Below are positions 20,395-30,204 of a stretch of 55,442 nucleotides of DNA, in pieces; position 1 is the first letter of the stretch, and each line of letters starts with the position of its first letter. The translations under genes were made by a program, and so were the position numbers. Source of the stretch: a virus (Duplodnaviria; Caudoviricetes); the IMG/VR virus record IMGVR_UViG_3300027859_000018, positions 1-55,442 of that record. The stretch is one strand, 5' to 3'. The notes under the pieces are model-generated. The model was not told where the DNA came from. It ran no database searches and saw nothing but the letters and a program-made list of their open reading frames with translations.

Positions 20395-23300
20395 ATGGAA
20401 GTATTTATTTACTCTATTGACGGGGAAGAAGTCAAAGTATCAAAAGCTGGTCAGGACGCTTTTCTTAACAAATATCCTGACGCAGTACTTGTAAGAACAG
20501 AACAGCCTGAAGATACAAATTTTCAGCCAGGCACCACGAATGTGGGTGTAACGGAGGTGCCTGCACAAATTCGAACACCCGATACGGGATTCAGGCCGGC
20601 AGATATTTCTTCGGAATCACAAGAAGATAAATATGCGTTTGAAGAACCTTTTCAAGGTACATTTTTTGGCGATGTAGTATTAGACTTTTTTGGCGATATA
20701 GGTAGAGCAGTTGAATCAGGTGCAGCAGCAGGTATGAGTGTTGACGAAGCATTTGATATATATAGACAAGGCGCTAGCGTATCTGACGAACAATTAGAGG
20801 CTTTTATTGCAGCTGACAAACGTATACAATCTAAAGGCATGTCAGATGAAATGTTGCAATATCAAAAAGAATATGAAAAAGCAGGCGGTGGTATATTAGG
20901 TTTTTTAATTGCAAATGCAAAAACAAGAGGGCAAGTATTACCTCAAATTATAGCTAGTTCTATAGCAACAATGGCAACATCTTTAGAATCAGGCGAGGTT
21001 AGAACAGCAGCAGCGGCTGGAGCAGGAACAGGTGCTTTAATTGGTAGTGCAGCAACACCTATAGGTACTGTTACAGGTGCAGTAGGTGGCGGTGTAGCCG
21101 GTTTAGTTGGCGCAATGGAAACTAGCTTAACTCTTTCAGAGCTATTAAAAGAACAATTAGGTGATCAAGAGTTTAATAAAGAAAATATTAGAAAAATATT
21201 AGAAGACCCTGAAAAACTTCGTGATTTAAAAAATAAATCAGTTGGTAGAGGTATTGCTATTGGCGCAGTTGAAGGTATAACATTAGGCATATCAAGAGGT
21301 ATGGCAACTTCTGCTATAAAAGCAGGTACAAGTACTAGCGCAATTGCAAGAAGAGCCGCTCTTATTGAAGGTGTGGGGGGCTCAACTGGTGAAGTAGCAG
21401 GTAGAATTGCAGCTGGTCAAGAAATGGACACATCTGATATATTATTTGAAGGTGTTGCAGAATTAAAAGGTGTAGTTAATATATCTGATATTGTAAATCA
21501 AAAAAGTTATAAAATAAATGGCGAAGTAAGAAAGAAAAAAGAAGTATTAGATTTTCTTTCAACAGCAAAACCTGAAGAAATAGCAGGAGCTGATATTGAT
21601 GTAACAAATGATGCAAATTTGAAGGCAGTAGTTGACGCTAAACAAACTAATGTTAGCATGTTAGCTAAATTTCAAAAAGCAGGAGTTACCGACGCTGGTG
21701 ATAGAATGAAATTAGTAGGTTTAGAAAAGCAAAGATTACAATATGTAGGAGCAAGTACTAAAACCGAAAAAAATATGTTATCAGATATTGATGCTGATAT
21801 AAATGAAATAACTAGTAAATATACCAAAAGAGGTCCTAAAACAGCTGAAACAAAAGCAAATATTGCAGAGGCTGAAGCAGTTGAAAAAGCGGCAGGTGAA
21901 AGAAGTGTTAAGAAAACAATAAGATTTGCTGAAACAGAAGGTAAAAGAGTTGGATTAGAAACTAAAGTTGCTGATGATAGCACATCATTCCAAGCTTTAC
22001 TCAAAAAAGATGGCATAAAACTGTCTAATGCTGATATTAAAAGTATAGATAGAGTTGGTGGATATATAAAAGATAATAAAATATATATAAATAAAGAAGC
22101 TGCTGCTAAAACGGGTCAAGTTAATGTTGGTGGACACGAAGTATTACATGGTATCATTGCTTCTGCTGATATTAAAAACATAAACAAGTTAGTTGTAGAT
22201 TTTAAAAATACACTAGATGCTGATACCTTAGCGCAGTTAGAAAATAACATGCGTAACAGACAATATGGTTATAATGAAAAAGGCGAGTTAATTGACCAAG
22301 ATACTTATGATCAAGAGTATTTAACTAATTTTTCTGATATGATCGAAGATGGTAGCATTAAATTTAATGAAAATATATTTACTAAATTACAAGATGCTAT
22401 TGTTGACTTTTTAAAGATTTTTGGATATGAAAATATAAACTTTAAAGATGGCAAAGGAGTTTATAATTTTATGAAAGAATATTCAAAAAATATAAAAGAA
22501 GGTAAACTATCTAAAGCTGTATTAAGTCAAGTTAAAGGAGACACTAAAGTAGAAGGTGCAATGTCTGTTTCACCTACAGCTGTAGCTAAAATAAATGAAA
22601 TATATCAAAATGCTACAAATAAAGAACAAGCTGGTTATGATATAGCATTTGACAATGAAGAAATAAACTATAGAGGTATGGCTGAAAACTATTTAAACGA
22701 GTTTTTAGCTAATCCAAATTTATCCAAAGAACAAAAAGCTATAATAACAAGAAATAGACCTGATATTGTAGCTCAAATGTTATATGATAAAATACCATCA
22801 CAACTAAAAGGATCAAAGTTAAGAAACGTAGTAGGTATGGTATTAGACTTTGAATCTAAAAAACAAAAATATAATAATTTAGCTGCATATATAAATACAT
22901 TTTTTAAGAAAAGAGGATTAGAATCTATTAATTATTATTTAAAAGATGCTGGTTTAAAAAATATTGAAACTGAAGATGGTAGTTTAAGAAAAGATATAAA
23001 AAATATTACATCAGATGTATTAAATGAATCTGGGCCAAGACAAGGGCAAAATATAAGAAAGAAAAAAGACAGAGAAGATAAGCCTTTTGAAAGAAAAATA
23101 AATTTAACTGAATTAGCAAACGATATATTAAAAGAACCAGAGGTAGTATTACAAAAAATAACAGAAACTATTGTTAAAGAATTAAAATTAACAGCAAAGA
23201 AAACTGGTATTAAAAAAGGATTTGCAACAGTTGTTAAAGTAAAGAAAGATGGTACAAAAATTACAGCTTTAGACGTATTTGTAGAAAAACAATTAAGACC

Positions 23301-26300
23301 TTTAGTTGTAGAAGCTTTAGGCAAAATAACATCTGAAAAAATACCAGGCGAAACAAAAAGAAGAGCTGTAATACCTGCATCATATTCAACAATTATTGAA
23401 ACTAAATTTAATGAAATAGCAGATGCTATGTCTTTATCTGATATAAAGAAAAGATATAATAAATTATTTAAGGTAACTGAAATAGGTAGAGAAAAAACTG
23501 CCGAAGGTAATCCTGTATTTACTATAGGTAAACCAGTTAAAGCTGAGTTTATAAAATATTTTACTGATACTAATGTGGCTATGACTACTTTAGTTGAAAG
23601 ACAAAAAATGTTAGGTGAAATAATAGTAAAAGCTATAGCATCGAAAACGTTAAAAGAATATAATTCAACTGATAGTTTAATTGAACTTGCTAAAATAGCT
23701 AATTTAAATCCTGCAGAAGGAGCAAAAGCAATAACAGAATTACAATTAGAAAATGAAATTAATGATGTAGCTAAACAATTAAACACATATGAAGGTGAAA
23801 AAATGTTACAAGATACTAGATTGTTTTCAATTGCACCTACAGCAACAGAAAAAGTAAATATTACTAAAGCTTATGCGGCGTTACAAAAAGCAAATGGAGA
23901 TATAACTAATAAAAACTATTTAGAAGTTATAAATAATTTACCCGTAGTTGTGCAAGAATTTGTTGAAGATTTGTACGAAAAAAGAGGTAAAATTAAAGGC
24001 GATAGAATAGGCGGGCCTATATACGAATCAATATTAGCAGATTTAGTAAAAAAAGAAAGTAATATAGAAGTTACTGCTGAAGGCGGCTTTACATCTGGTC
24101 CTGATTTACAATTAAAAGTTCCAGGCGCAATAATACCTATTGAAATAAAAGCTGACCCTACAGCTGATTTTGGTAGTGTATCAGCTGCTTATAATACAGA
24201 AAGCGGAGAATTTACTTTTGTAAAAAATAAAGAAACAATTAAATTAAAAGATTTACCTGACGGTGAAATATTAAAAAAAGTTTTTAAAGATAATTTACCT
24301 TGGCTTGAAAAAAGAATAGCTGCTGCAGAAGAATCATTAGGAATTGAAATAAAAAACTTTCCTGAAGACTTTAATAAAGCAATGACAGATGAATTTGGCT
24401 CAGTTTCATCAAAAAATACAGTAGCAGAAAATAAAAAAATTAAAGACGCTAAAAAAGCATGGGTTAAAGAAAATTGGAAATCCATGGGAGAATTAAGTCT
24501 TCCCGGTCCAAAAAATCAAAACAATGCGGCTGTTATAAAATTTTATAATGATAAAAATGTACATTATATACAAATAGGAGGTAAAGGTTTATATAAATTA
24601 GGTAAAGATAAATATAAATTAGGGGCGAGTGAATTAAAAGCTACATTTAGATACCCTGTAAGATTAAAGCCTAACGGCAGAATGGGATTCAATTGGCAGG
24701 TAGCACCTAAAATGGAGGAAGTTAGTAAAGTTCCGAATTCTGATATAAGTTTAGAAAATACTAAAGATATAAAAGTTATAGAACAAAATCTAAACAAAAA
24801 TAAAGGTTTTTTAAGTAGAGCTGCAAAAATTGATAAAACAGGTAAAACAACATTAGATAAGGCGTTTAACGATATACTTGAAGAAAAAACAGGTATTGCA
24901 TCGGATAAAGTGTATAGCAAAGAAAGAGCTAGAGTAGCAGGTAAGAAAAATAAAAAGATGAGTTTTTATATTCCGCCAAGCGCTGAAGATTTTACAGGGT
25001 TAATGTATAAATTATTATCTAAAGGTAAATTAGGCAATGCGCAAATGGCGTGGATTAAAAAACATATATTAAATCCTTATGCTAAAGCAATGGATCAAAT
25101 AGCTAGCGAAAGAGTTGAGTTATTTGAAAGATTTAGAGCACTAAAAAAAGAAATATCAGCAGTACCTAAAAAATTAAAGAAAAAACTACCAGGAACAGAC
25201 GATACATATGAAACAGCGGTTAGAGTTTATATGTGGGATAAGCAAGGTATGGAAATACCAGGCTTAACTAAAAAAGAAATAAAAGAATTTGTTAGCATAG
25301 TAAAAAAAGACAAAGAGTTAAAAGCGTTTGGAGATGAACTTATAACTATATTTCCTGGTGCTTATCCACAAGCTCAAAATTTTTGGCTATCAGGCAATAT
25401 AACTACAGATTTTTTAAATGGTTTAAATACAACTAGAAGAGCTGAAATATTATCTGAATGGCAAGCAAATGTAGATGAAATATTTTCTGAAAAGAATTTA
25501 AATAAATTAGAATCACAGTTTGGTGATAACTATAGAAGTGCTTTAGAAAATATATTGGGCAGAATGAAAACAGGTACGAATAGACCTATAACTGATAATA
25601 AAAACTTAAATAGATTTTATGATTGGGTTAATGGTTCAGTTGGTGTTGTAATGTTCTTAAACATGCGTTCTGCTGTACTACAAACCATATCTATGGTTAA
25701 CTATATAAACTGGAATGATAATAATATATTAGCAGCTGCAGGTGCTTTTGCTAATCAAAAACAATATTGGGCAGATTTTAAAACTATTTGGAATTCTGAT
25801 TTTTTAAGAAATAGACGAGGGCAGTTACAGTTAAATGTAAGTGAAACAGAAATAGCTGACATGGCTGATAAAGGCGGCGTAAGAGGTGTTGTAAATTATT
25901 TATTAAAATTAGGATATACGCCAACAAGAGTAGCAGATAGTTTTGCAATTGCATCAGGTGGTGCGTCTATGTATAGAAATAGAATGAAAAGCTATATGAA
26001 AGAAGGTTTTTCACAAGAAGAAGCAGAAATACAAGCTTTCAGAGATTTTCAAGAATTAACAGAAGAAGCACAGCAATCATCAAGACCTGATAGAATATCA
26101 AAACAACAAGCAAGCACAACAGGTAGATTATTTTTAGCATGGGCTAATACCCCTATGCAGTACGGTAGATTAATAAAAAGAGCTGCACAAGATTTAATAG
26201 CTGGTAGAGGAGATAGAAATACTAATATATCTAAAATTGCACACTATAGCTTTTTACAAAATATAGTATTTAACTTTATGCAAAAAGGTGCGTTTGCGCT

Positions 26301-26847
26301 AGCATTTGCACAAGAAGAAGATGACGAAAAGAAAAGAGATAAATATGGGCAAGTAGGTGAAAGTATGGTTGACAGTATAGTAAGAGGGTCAGGTGTACAA
26401 GGAACATTACTTATAGCTGCTAAATCACTTATAAAAGACGTTGTAAAAGAAAGTAAAAAAGGCAGACCTGACTACGAAGGAAGCTTATGGAAACTATTAG
26501 AAGGAATGCCGCCATTAGATGCTAAAATGGATAGAGCTAGAGATATTGCATATGCTTTCCAATATGAAAAAGAAGAAATGATAGAAGAAGGATTAACATT
26601 AGGTAGCCCAGGTTTAGAGGCTATAGCAAGTGGAATATCTTTCGCAACTAACGTGCCTGTTGATAGAGGTTTGAGAAAAATGGAAAATATACAAGCAGCT
26701 TTAGATGAACAAACAGATACTTGGGCTAGAATAGCTTTATTGTTAGGTTGGAATGAATGGTCTTTAGGGTTAATAGAGGATGAAACAGCGCCAACAAAAG
26801 GCAGAAAGCCAATAAAGAAAAGAAAAGCAATACCAAAAAGAAAATAA
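20395..26847 (+). CDS. Giant internal virion protein, polyvalent (zincin HExxH plus PD-(D/E)xK-like segment)
   Basis: 2150 aa; Gly/Ala-rich hydrophobic segments, GGHEVLHG, YE...GPDL...IPIEIK, helical C-terminal region. Confidence 0.7.
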   Translation: MEVFIYSIDGEEVKVSKAGQDAFLNKYPDAVLVRTEQPEDTNFQPGTTNVGVTEVPAQIRTPDTGFRPADISSESQEDKYAFEEPFQGTFFGDVVLDFFGDIGRAVESGAAAGMSVDEAFDIYRQGASVSDEQLEAFIAADKRIQSKGMSDEMLQYQKEYEKAGGGILGFLIANAKTRGQVLPQIIASSIATMATSLESGEVRTAAAAGAGTGALIGSAATPIGTVTGAVGGGVAGLVGAMETSLTLSELLKEQLGDQEFNKENIRKILEDPEKLRDLKNKSVGRGIAIGAVEGITLGISRGMATSAIKAGTSTSAIARRAALIEGVGGSTGEVAGRIAAGQEMDTSDILFEGVAELKGVVNISDIVNQKSYKINGEVRKKKEVLDFLSTAKPEEIAGADIDVTNDANLKAVVDAKQTNVSMLAKFQKAGVTDAGDRMKLVGLEKQRLQYVGASTKTEKNMLSDIDADINEITSKYTKRGPKTAETKANIAEAEAVEKAAGERSVKKTIRFAETEGKRVGLETKVADDSTSFQALLKKDGIKLSNADIKSIDRVGGYIKDNKIYINKEAAAKTGQVNVGGHEVLHGIIASADIKNINKLVVDFKNTLDADTLAQLENNMRNRQYGYNEKGELIDQDTYDQEYLTNFSDMIEDGSIKFNENIFTKLQDAIVDFLKIFGYENINFKDGKGVYNFMKEYSKNIKEGKLSKAVLSQVKGDTKVEGAMSVSPTAVAKINEIYQNATNKEQAGYDIAFDNEEINYRGMAENYLNEFLANPNLSKEQKAIITRNRPDIVAQMLYDKIPSQLKGSKLRNVVGMVLDFESKKQKYNNLAAYINTFFKKRGLESINYYLKDAGLKNIETEDGSLRKDIKNITSDVLNESGPRQGQNIRKKKDREDKPFERKINLTELANDILKEPEVVLQKITETIVKELKLTAKKTGIKKGFATVVKVKKDGTKITALDVFVEKQLRPLVVEALGKITSEKIPGETKRRAVIPASYSTIIETKFNEIADAMSLSDIKKRYNKLFKVTEIGREKTAEGNPVFTIGKPVKAEFIKYFTDTNVAMTTLVERQKMLGEIIVKAIASKTLKEYNSTDSLIELAKIANLNPAEGAKAITELQLENEINDVAKQLNTYEGEKMLQDTRLFSIAPTATEKVNITKAYAALQKANGDITNKNYLEVINNLPVVVQEFVEDLYEKRGKIKGDRIGGPIYESILADLVKKESNIEVTAEGGFTSGPDLQLKVPGAIIPIEIKADPTADFGSVSAAYNTESGEFTFVKNKETIKLKDLPDGEILKKVFKDNLPWLEKRIAAAEESLGIEIKNFPEDFNKAMTDEFGSVSSKNTVAENKKIKDAKKAWVKENWKSMGELSLPGPKNQNNAAVIKFYNDKNVHYIQIGGKGLYKLGKDKYKLGASELKATFRYPVRLKPNGRMGFNWQVAPKMEEVSKVPNSDISLENTKDIKVIEQNLNKNKGFLSRAAKIDKTGKTTLDKAFNDILEEKTGIASDKVYSKERARVAGKKNKKMSFYIPPSAEDFTGLMYKLLSKGKLGNAQMAWIKKHILNPYAKAMDQIASERVELFERFRALKKEISAVPKKLKKKLPGTDDTYETAVRVYMWDKQGMEIPGLTKKEIKEFVSIVKKDKELKAFGDELITIFPGAYPQAQNFWLSGNITTDFLNGLNTTRRAEILSEWQANVDEIFSEKNLNKLESQFGDNYRSALENILGRMKTGTNRPITDNKNLNRFYDWVNGSVGVVMFLNMRSAVLQTISMVNYINWNDNNILAAAGAFANQKQYWADFKTIWNSDFLRNRRGQLQLNVSETEIADMADKGGVRGVVNYLLKLGYTPTRVADSFAIASGGASMYRNRMKSYMKEGFSQEEAEIQAFRDFQELTEEAQQSSRPDRISKQQASTTGRLFLAWANTPMQYGRLIKRAAQDLIAGRGDRNTNISKIAHYSFLQNIVFNFMQKGAFALAFAQEEDDEKKRDKYGQVGESMVDSIVRGSGVQGTLLIAAKSLIKDVVKESKKGRPDYEGSLWKLLEGMPPLDAKMDRARDIAYAFQYEKEEMIEEGLTLGSPGLEAIASGISFATNVPVDRGLRKMENIQAALDEQTDTWARIALLLGWNEWSLGLIEDETAPTKGRKPIKKRKAIPKRK

Positions 26848-26849
26848 TT

Positions 26850-26951
26850 ATGCCATATGTAAGTGCAGCTCAACGTAAAGCAGTTTGGGCATCAAAAAAC
26901 GAACAAAAAGAAAAAGCAAAAAGAAAAAGAAAACGTAAAAAAAGAAAATAG
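26850..26951 (+). CDS. 33-aa very basic peptide
   Basis: MPYVSAAQRKAVWASKNEQKEKAKRKRKRKKRK; fills the gap with 2-nt spacers. Confidence 0.6.
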   Translation: MPYVSAAQRKAVWASKNEQKEKAKRKRKRKKRK

Positions 26952-26953
26952 GT

Positions 26954-27091
26954 ATGGGCAAAAAAGACGCATGTTATTATAAAGTAAAATCAAGATATAA
27001 AGTGTTTCCTTCTGCATACGCTAGCGGAGCGTTATCAAAGTGCAGGAAGGTTGGCGCTAAAAACTGGGGTAATAAATCATCAAAAAAATAA
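26954..27091 (+). CDS. 45-aa basic peptide with PSAYASG motif
   Basis: MGKKDACYYKVKSRYKVFPSAYASGALSKCRKVGAKNWGNKSSKK. Confidence 0.7.
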   Translation: MGKKDACYYKVKSRYKVFPSAYASGALSKCRKVGAKNWGNKSSKK

Positions 27092-27094
27092 AAA

Positions 27095-27262
27095 ATGGAA
27101 CACAATAAAAAAGAAGAAAAAGAGTTTAAGCCACATATGATGTATTGTGGTGAAAAAGGAAAGCCTTTTAAAGCAAATACATATAAAGAGCATTTAGCTT
27201 TAAAGAAAAAAGGATGTGGGCATAGTAAGAAAGAAGTTCTTAAAATGTCTCATAAAAAATAA
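27095..27262 (+). CDS. 55-aa basic His/Cys-containing peptide
   Basis: MEHNKKEEKEFKPHMMYCGEKGKPFKANTYKEHLALKKKGCGHSKKEVLKMSHKK; tightly packed. Confidence 0.65.
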   Translation: MEHNKKEEKEFKPHMMYCGEKGKPFKANTYKEHLALKKKGCGHSKKEVLKMSHKK

Positions 27263-27264
27263 TA

Positions 27265-27543
27265 ATGGCGGTAAGAAAAACTAAAAAAGGTTTACAGCTT
27301 AAGCGTTGGTTTAAAGAAAAATGGGTTGATGTAAGAACTGGCAAACCTTGCGGTAGACGTAAAGGTGAAAAAAGAGGTACGCCTTATTGTAGACCAAGTA
27401 AAAGAGTATCAAGTAAAACACCAAAAACAGCAAGTGAAATGTCTGCGTCTGAAAAAGCAGCTAAGATAAGAGAGAAGAAAAGGCTTGGACAACCAGCAGG
27501 TAAGCCAAGAAGAGTAAAAAATGTTAAAAGAAGAAAAAAATAG
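27265..27543 (+). CDS. Basic protein with LKRWFKEKW...CGR...PYCRP motif (DUF5872-like)
   Basis: Motif recalled from marine phage and giant-virus basic proteins. Confidence 0.7.
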   Translation: MAVRKTKKGLQLKRWFKEKWVDVRTGKPCGRRKGEKRGTPYCRPSKRVSSKTPKTASEMSASEKAAKIREKKRLGQPAGKPRRVKNVKRRKK

Positions 27544-27556
27544 GTAATTAATTATA
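27544..27556 (+). promoter_or_regulatory. Putative late promoter box
   Basis: GTAATTAATTATA before ATG 27563. Confidence 0.5.
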
Positions 27557-27562
27557 GTATAT

Positions 27563-27865
27563 ATGGCAACAGAAATCTCAGAAAATACTCAATTAAAATT
27601 AGACCTCAAAACGATAGGAATTATTGTGTTTGGAGCAATATCGCTCGCGAGCATGTATTTTGTTATGGCTGCTGATATAGAAGAGGCTAAACAATTACCA
27701 AAAGCGCCTGTTAGCGAAGTTGAATTCAAATATAAAGACGAAATGATTCGTAAAACAATTGAATTAACTCAGAAAGACGTAGAGGCAATAAAATCTGATG
27801 TAGAGTCTATGAAAATAACATTAGAAAAATTAGATGAAAGACTTTACGAAATATCTCGTAACTAA
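27563..27865 (+). CDS. Single-TM coiled-coil membrane protein (paralog A1)
   Basis: TM segment IGIIVFGAISLASMYFVM, then coiled coil; clear paralog of 29523-29828. Confidence 0.75.
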   Translation: MATEISENTQLKLDLKTIGIIVFGAISLASMYFVMAADIEEAKQLPKAPVSEVEFKYKDEMIRKTIELTQKDVEAIKSDVESMKITLEKLDERLYEISRN

Positions 27866-28251
27866 TGAAAAAGAAACAAATCGGACCTATTAAAAAAACG
27901 CTAGGTTTAATAGATATTATATTACTTATTTTTATGATGATTATTGTAAGTCAAGTTACATATTCTCAATATAAAGATGGTATATCAGTTGTACAATTTA
28001 GCGCAGACTTTGTAAAACAAAATGAAATATCATTAAAACAATTTGATGATCATAATACTCATTTGTTTTATTTAAGTAAACACAGCGAACATTTTACAAA
28101 AGAAGAAATAATATATATACCAACAGTTATATTATTTCATAATGGTGAGCAAATATTAAAAATTGAATCAGGTGTTACGTTAAAGCTACCTGAAAACACT
28201 ACAGATAAAATAGAAAACGCTATTGACGAAATTTTAGAAAACACATTTTAA
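27865..28251 (+). CDS. Exported thioredoxin-fold-like protein lacking CxxC (B1)
   Basis: Signal-like hydrophobic N-terminus; VVQFSADF and IPTVILFHNG resemble Trx beta1 and the cis-Pro loop; no Cys. Confidence 0.55.
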   Translation: MKKKQIGPIKKTLGLIDIILLIFMMIIVSQVTYSQYKDGISVVQFSADFVKQNEISLKQFDDHNTHLFYLSKHSEHFTKEEIIYIPTVILFHNGEQILKIESGVTLKLPENTTDKIENAIDEILENTF

Positions 28252-28252
28252 C

Positions 28253-29518
28253 ATGAAAAAACTATTATTAGCACTTTGTTTATTAATTTCATTTAACTTA
28301 AACTCACAAGTTATTAGCAACGATACTATATTAGAAAATAAACTTGTAAAAAAATATAAAACAAAAAACTTTTTTAAAGAGTTATATAAAGACTTTTTAA
28401 AATATGGTACATTTTATGTAGCAGGTGATGCAGCAAATGCTTATGAACAAACATATAAAGATTACTTTGTAGAAAGACCAGCAGATGGTGACTTATATAG
28501 TATACCAAGAGTAATTGATGTAACTAACTATTATCCAATGGATTACAGAGTTGGTTTAGGGTTTAGAAAATTAGCTAGATTTGGTTATGAAGTAAAAGCT
28601 AAAGATTATTATGACGGTACAGAAAATAATAAAGCTTTATCTGCGCCAACTGCAGCTGTAAAAGGATTAGAATATTTATTACATTACGAAAAAGAACGTG
28701 AACGAGGAGAAGAGTTTTTTAATTCTAGATTCTTTATAAGACATACAGGTAAATATCATATTGTAAAGTTAGAACAAAGAGAACAAGGTAATGTTAATTT
28801 TAAATATCAATCAGCTGAAGTAAGAGCAAGATTACCTATAGGAAAAAAATTTAGTATATCTGCGGGAGCGATATACCGTACACATGAACAACCATATGGT
28901 TATAATCCAATTGAAATATGGTTAAATGAAATTGAAGAGTGGACTAATCCTCAAACAGGTGAGGTTATAGAATATCCTGCTAATCCATGGTATAGTCTTG
29001 GATATGTATATGGATATAGTGATCATTATACAAGTTATACAAACATTGAAACAGGCGAGGTAATGTATGATTGGATATGGAAAAATGCTAACGACCAAAT
29101 AGTTGCATATAGTGATTTAGACTTTCGTAATAGTATATTTGGCGGTTTAATGAATTTATATAACCAAGAACAATGGGCTTTAATAGATGCTTTTGGCGAA
29201 GTAGCGCCTATAGTTGGATTTGATTTTTATCACTATAGAAAGAATTTTTGGTTACATGCTTATGGTAATTACATTTTGCCTTTCCACGAATACGTACAAG
29301 GCGACGTAAATGTAAGCTACCTTAACAGAAACAACTGGGGTAAAGGAGGATTAAGAAAAGATTCAGAGTTACAACAGTGGGACGATTACCAGGCTGGTAT
29401 AATATTTGGCTGGAAATTAAGCAAAACAATAGGAATATTTGCTGAAGCAGAATATACTAAATTTTGGGATTCTGAAATTTATAATTCTTCAGTAGGCATA
29501 AACTTTACATTTAGATAA
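28253..29518 (+). CDS. Putative outer-membrane beta-barrel protein
   Basis: Sec signal MKKLLLALCLLISFNLNS; alternating aromatic/Gly amphipathic strands; C-terminal VGINFTFR beta-signal-like end. Confidence 0.6.
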   Translation: MKKLLLALCLLISFNLNSQVISNDTILENKLVKKYKTKNFFKELYKDFLKYGTFYVAGDAANAYEQTYKDYFVERPADGDLYSIPRVIDVTNYYPMDYRVGLGFRKLARFGYEVKAKDYYDGTENNKALSAPTAAVKGLEYLLHYEKERERGEEFFNSRFFIRHTGKYHIVKLEQREQGNVNFKYQSAEVRARLPIGKKFSISAGAIYRTHEQPYGYNPIEIWLNEIEEWTNPQTGEVIEYPANPWYSLGYVYGYSDHYTSYTNIETGEVMYDWIWKNANDQIVAYSDLDFRNSIFGGLMNLYNQEQWALIDAFGEVAPIVGFDFYHYRKNFWLHAYGNYILPFHEYVQGDVNVSYLNRNNWGKGGLRKDSELQQWDDYQAGIIFGWKLSKTIGIFAEAEYTKFWDSEIYNSSVGINFTFR

Positions 29519-29522
29519 AAAT

Positions 29523-29828
29523 ATGGCAACACAAATCGGAGAAGATACTCAAGTGCAACTTGACCTTAAAACGATCGGGATGATCGTTGGCGGAGTTATA
29601 GCTTTAGCAAGTATGTGGTTTACTTTACAGGGTGATATTAAAGAATTACAAAATCAACAAAACCCTGAAGAATTTGTTAAAAAGATGGAATTTCAACTAA
29701 AAGACGAATTAATTCGTACGACAATTATACAAATTGAAAAGTCTACTACTGACCTAAAAGAAGATATACAAGAAAACAAAGAACAAATAGAAAAAAACAC
29801 AGATAAAATTTACGAACTATCAAGATGA
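29523..29828 (+). CDS. Single-TM coiled-coil membrane protein (paralog A2)
   Basis: MATQIGEDTQVQLDLKTIGMIV...YELSR versus MATEISENTQLKLDLKTIGIIV...YEISRN. Confidence 0.75.
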   Translation: MATQIGEDTQVQLDLKTIGMIVGGVIALASMWFTLQGDIKELQNQQNPEEFVKKMEFQLKDELIRTTIIQIEKSTTDLKEDIQENKEQIEKNTDKIYELSR

Positions 29829-30157
29829 AAAATTTAATTACAATTATATTATTAATGTTTGCGTTTATATCAAACGCACAAGATATAACTTTACTTCATA
29901 TTAACGCAAAATGGAATACCTCTAATGATTATAATTTAAGAGGCATTCGTCACGCAAAAGTATTAATGGTTAATTTAGAAGATCAAAGTGCAGAATTAAA
30001 ATCACAAATTAAAGCAGTACCTACTATAGTAATAATAGGTAAAGATGGTAAACCTAAAGGCCAATGGCAAGCGGATTTATCATTTAAGTTAACCGTACCA
30101 AAAGAAGAAATACAAGATAGAATCAATATACTTCTTTTTGGTGATAGTAAAAATTAA
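29825..30157 (+). CDS. Exported thioredoxin-fold-like protein lacking CxxC (B2)
   Basis: Signal peptide ending SNA-Q; LLHINAKWN and IKAVPTIVII; no Cys. Confidence 0.6.
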   Translation: MKNLITIILLMFAFISNAQDITLLHINAKWNTSNDYNLRGIRHAKVLMVNLEDQSAELKSQIKAVPTIVIIGKDGKPKGQWQADLSFKLTVPKEEIQDRINILLFGDSKN

Positions 30158-30168
30158 AATATAAAATT

Positions 30169-30204
30169 ATGTGCCCATTTTGTCCAATTTGCATTTGTAA
30201 ATGA
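30169..30204 (+). CDS. 11-aa Cys-rich micropeptide MCPFCPICICK
   Basis: ATG after A-rich leader TAAAATATAAAATT; its TGA overlaps the endolysin ATG (ATGA). Confidence 0.5.
   Translation: MCPFCPICICK

Noticed and set aside
22935-23786. 283-aa antisense ORF and the many other opposite-strand ORFs within large genes
   Set aside because: Ser/Phe/Leu/Ile-rich antisense shadows of Lys/Glu-rich coding strands, with no start context or motifs
20395-26847. crAss-like virion RNA polymerase
   Set aside because: No DxDxD catalytic motif was seen, and the phage encodes a sigma factor, implying use of host RNAP
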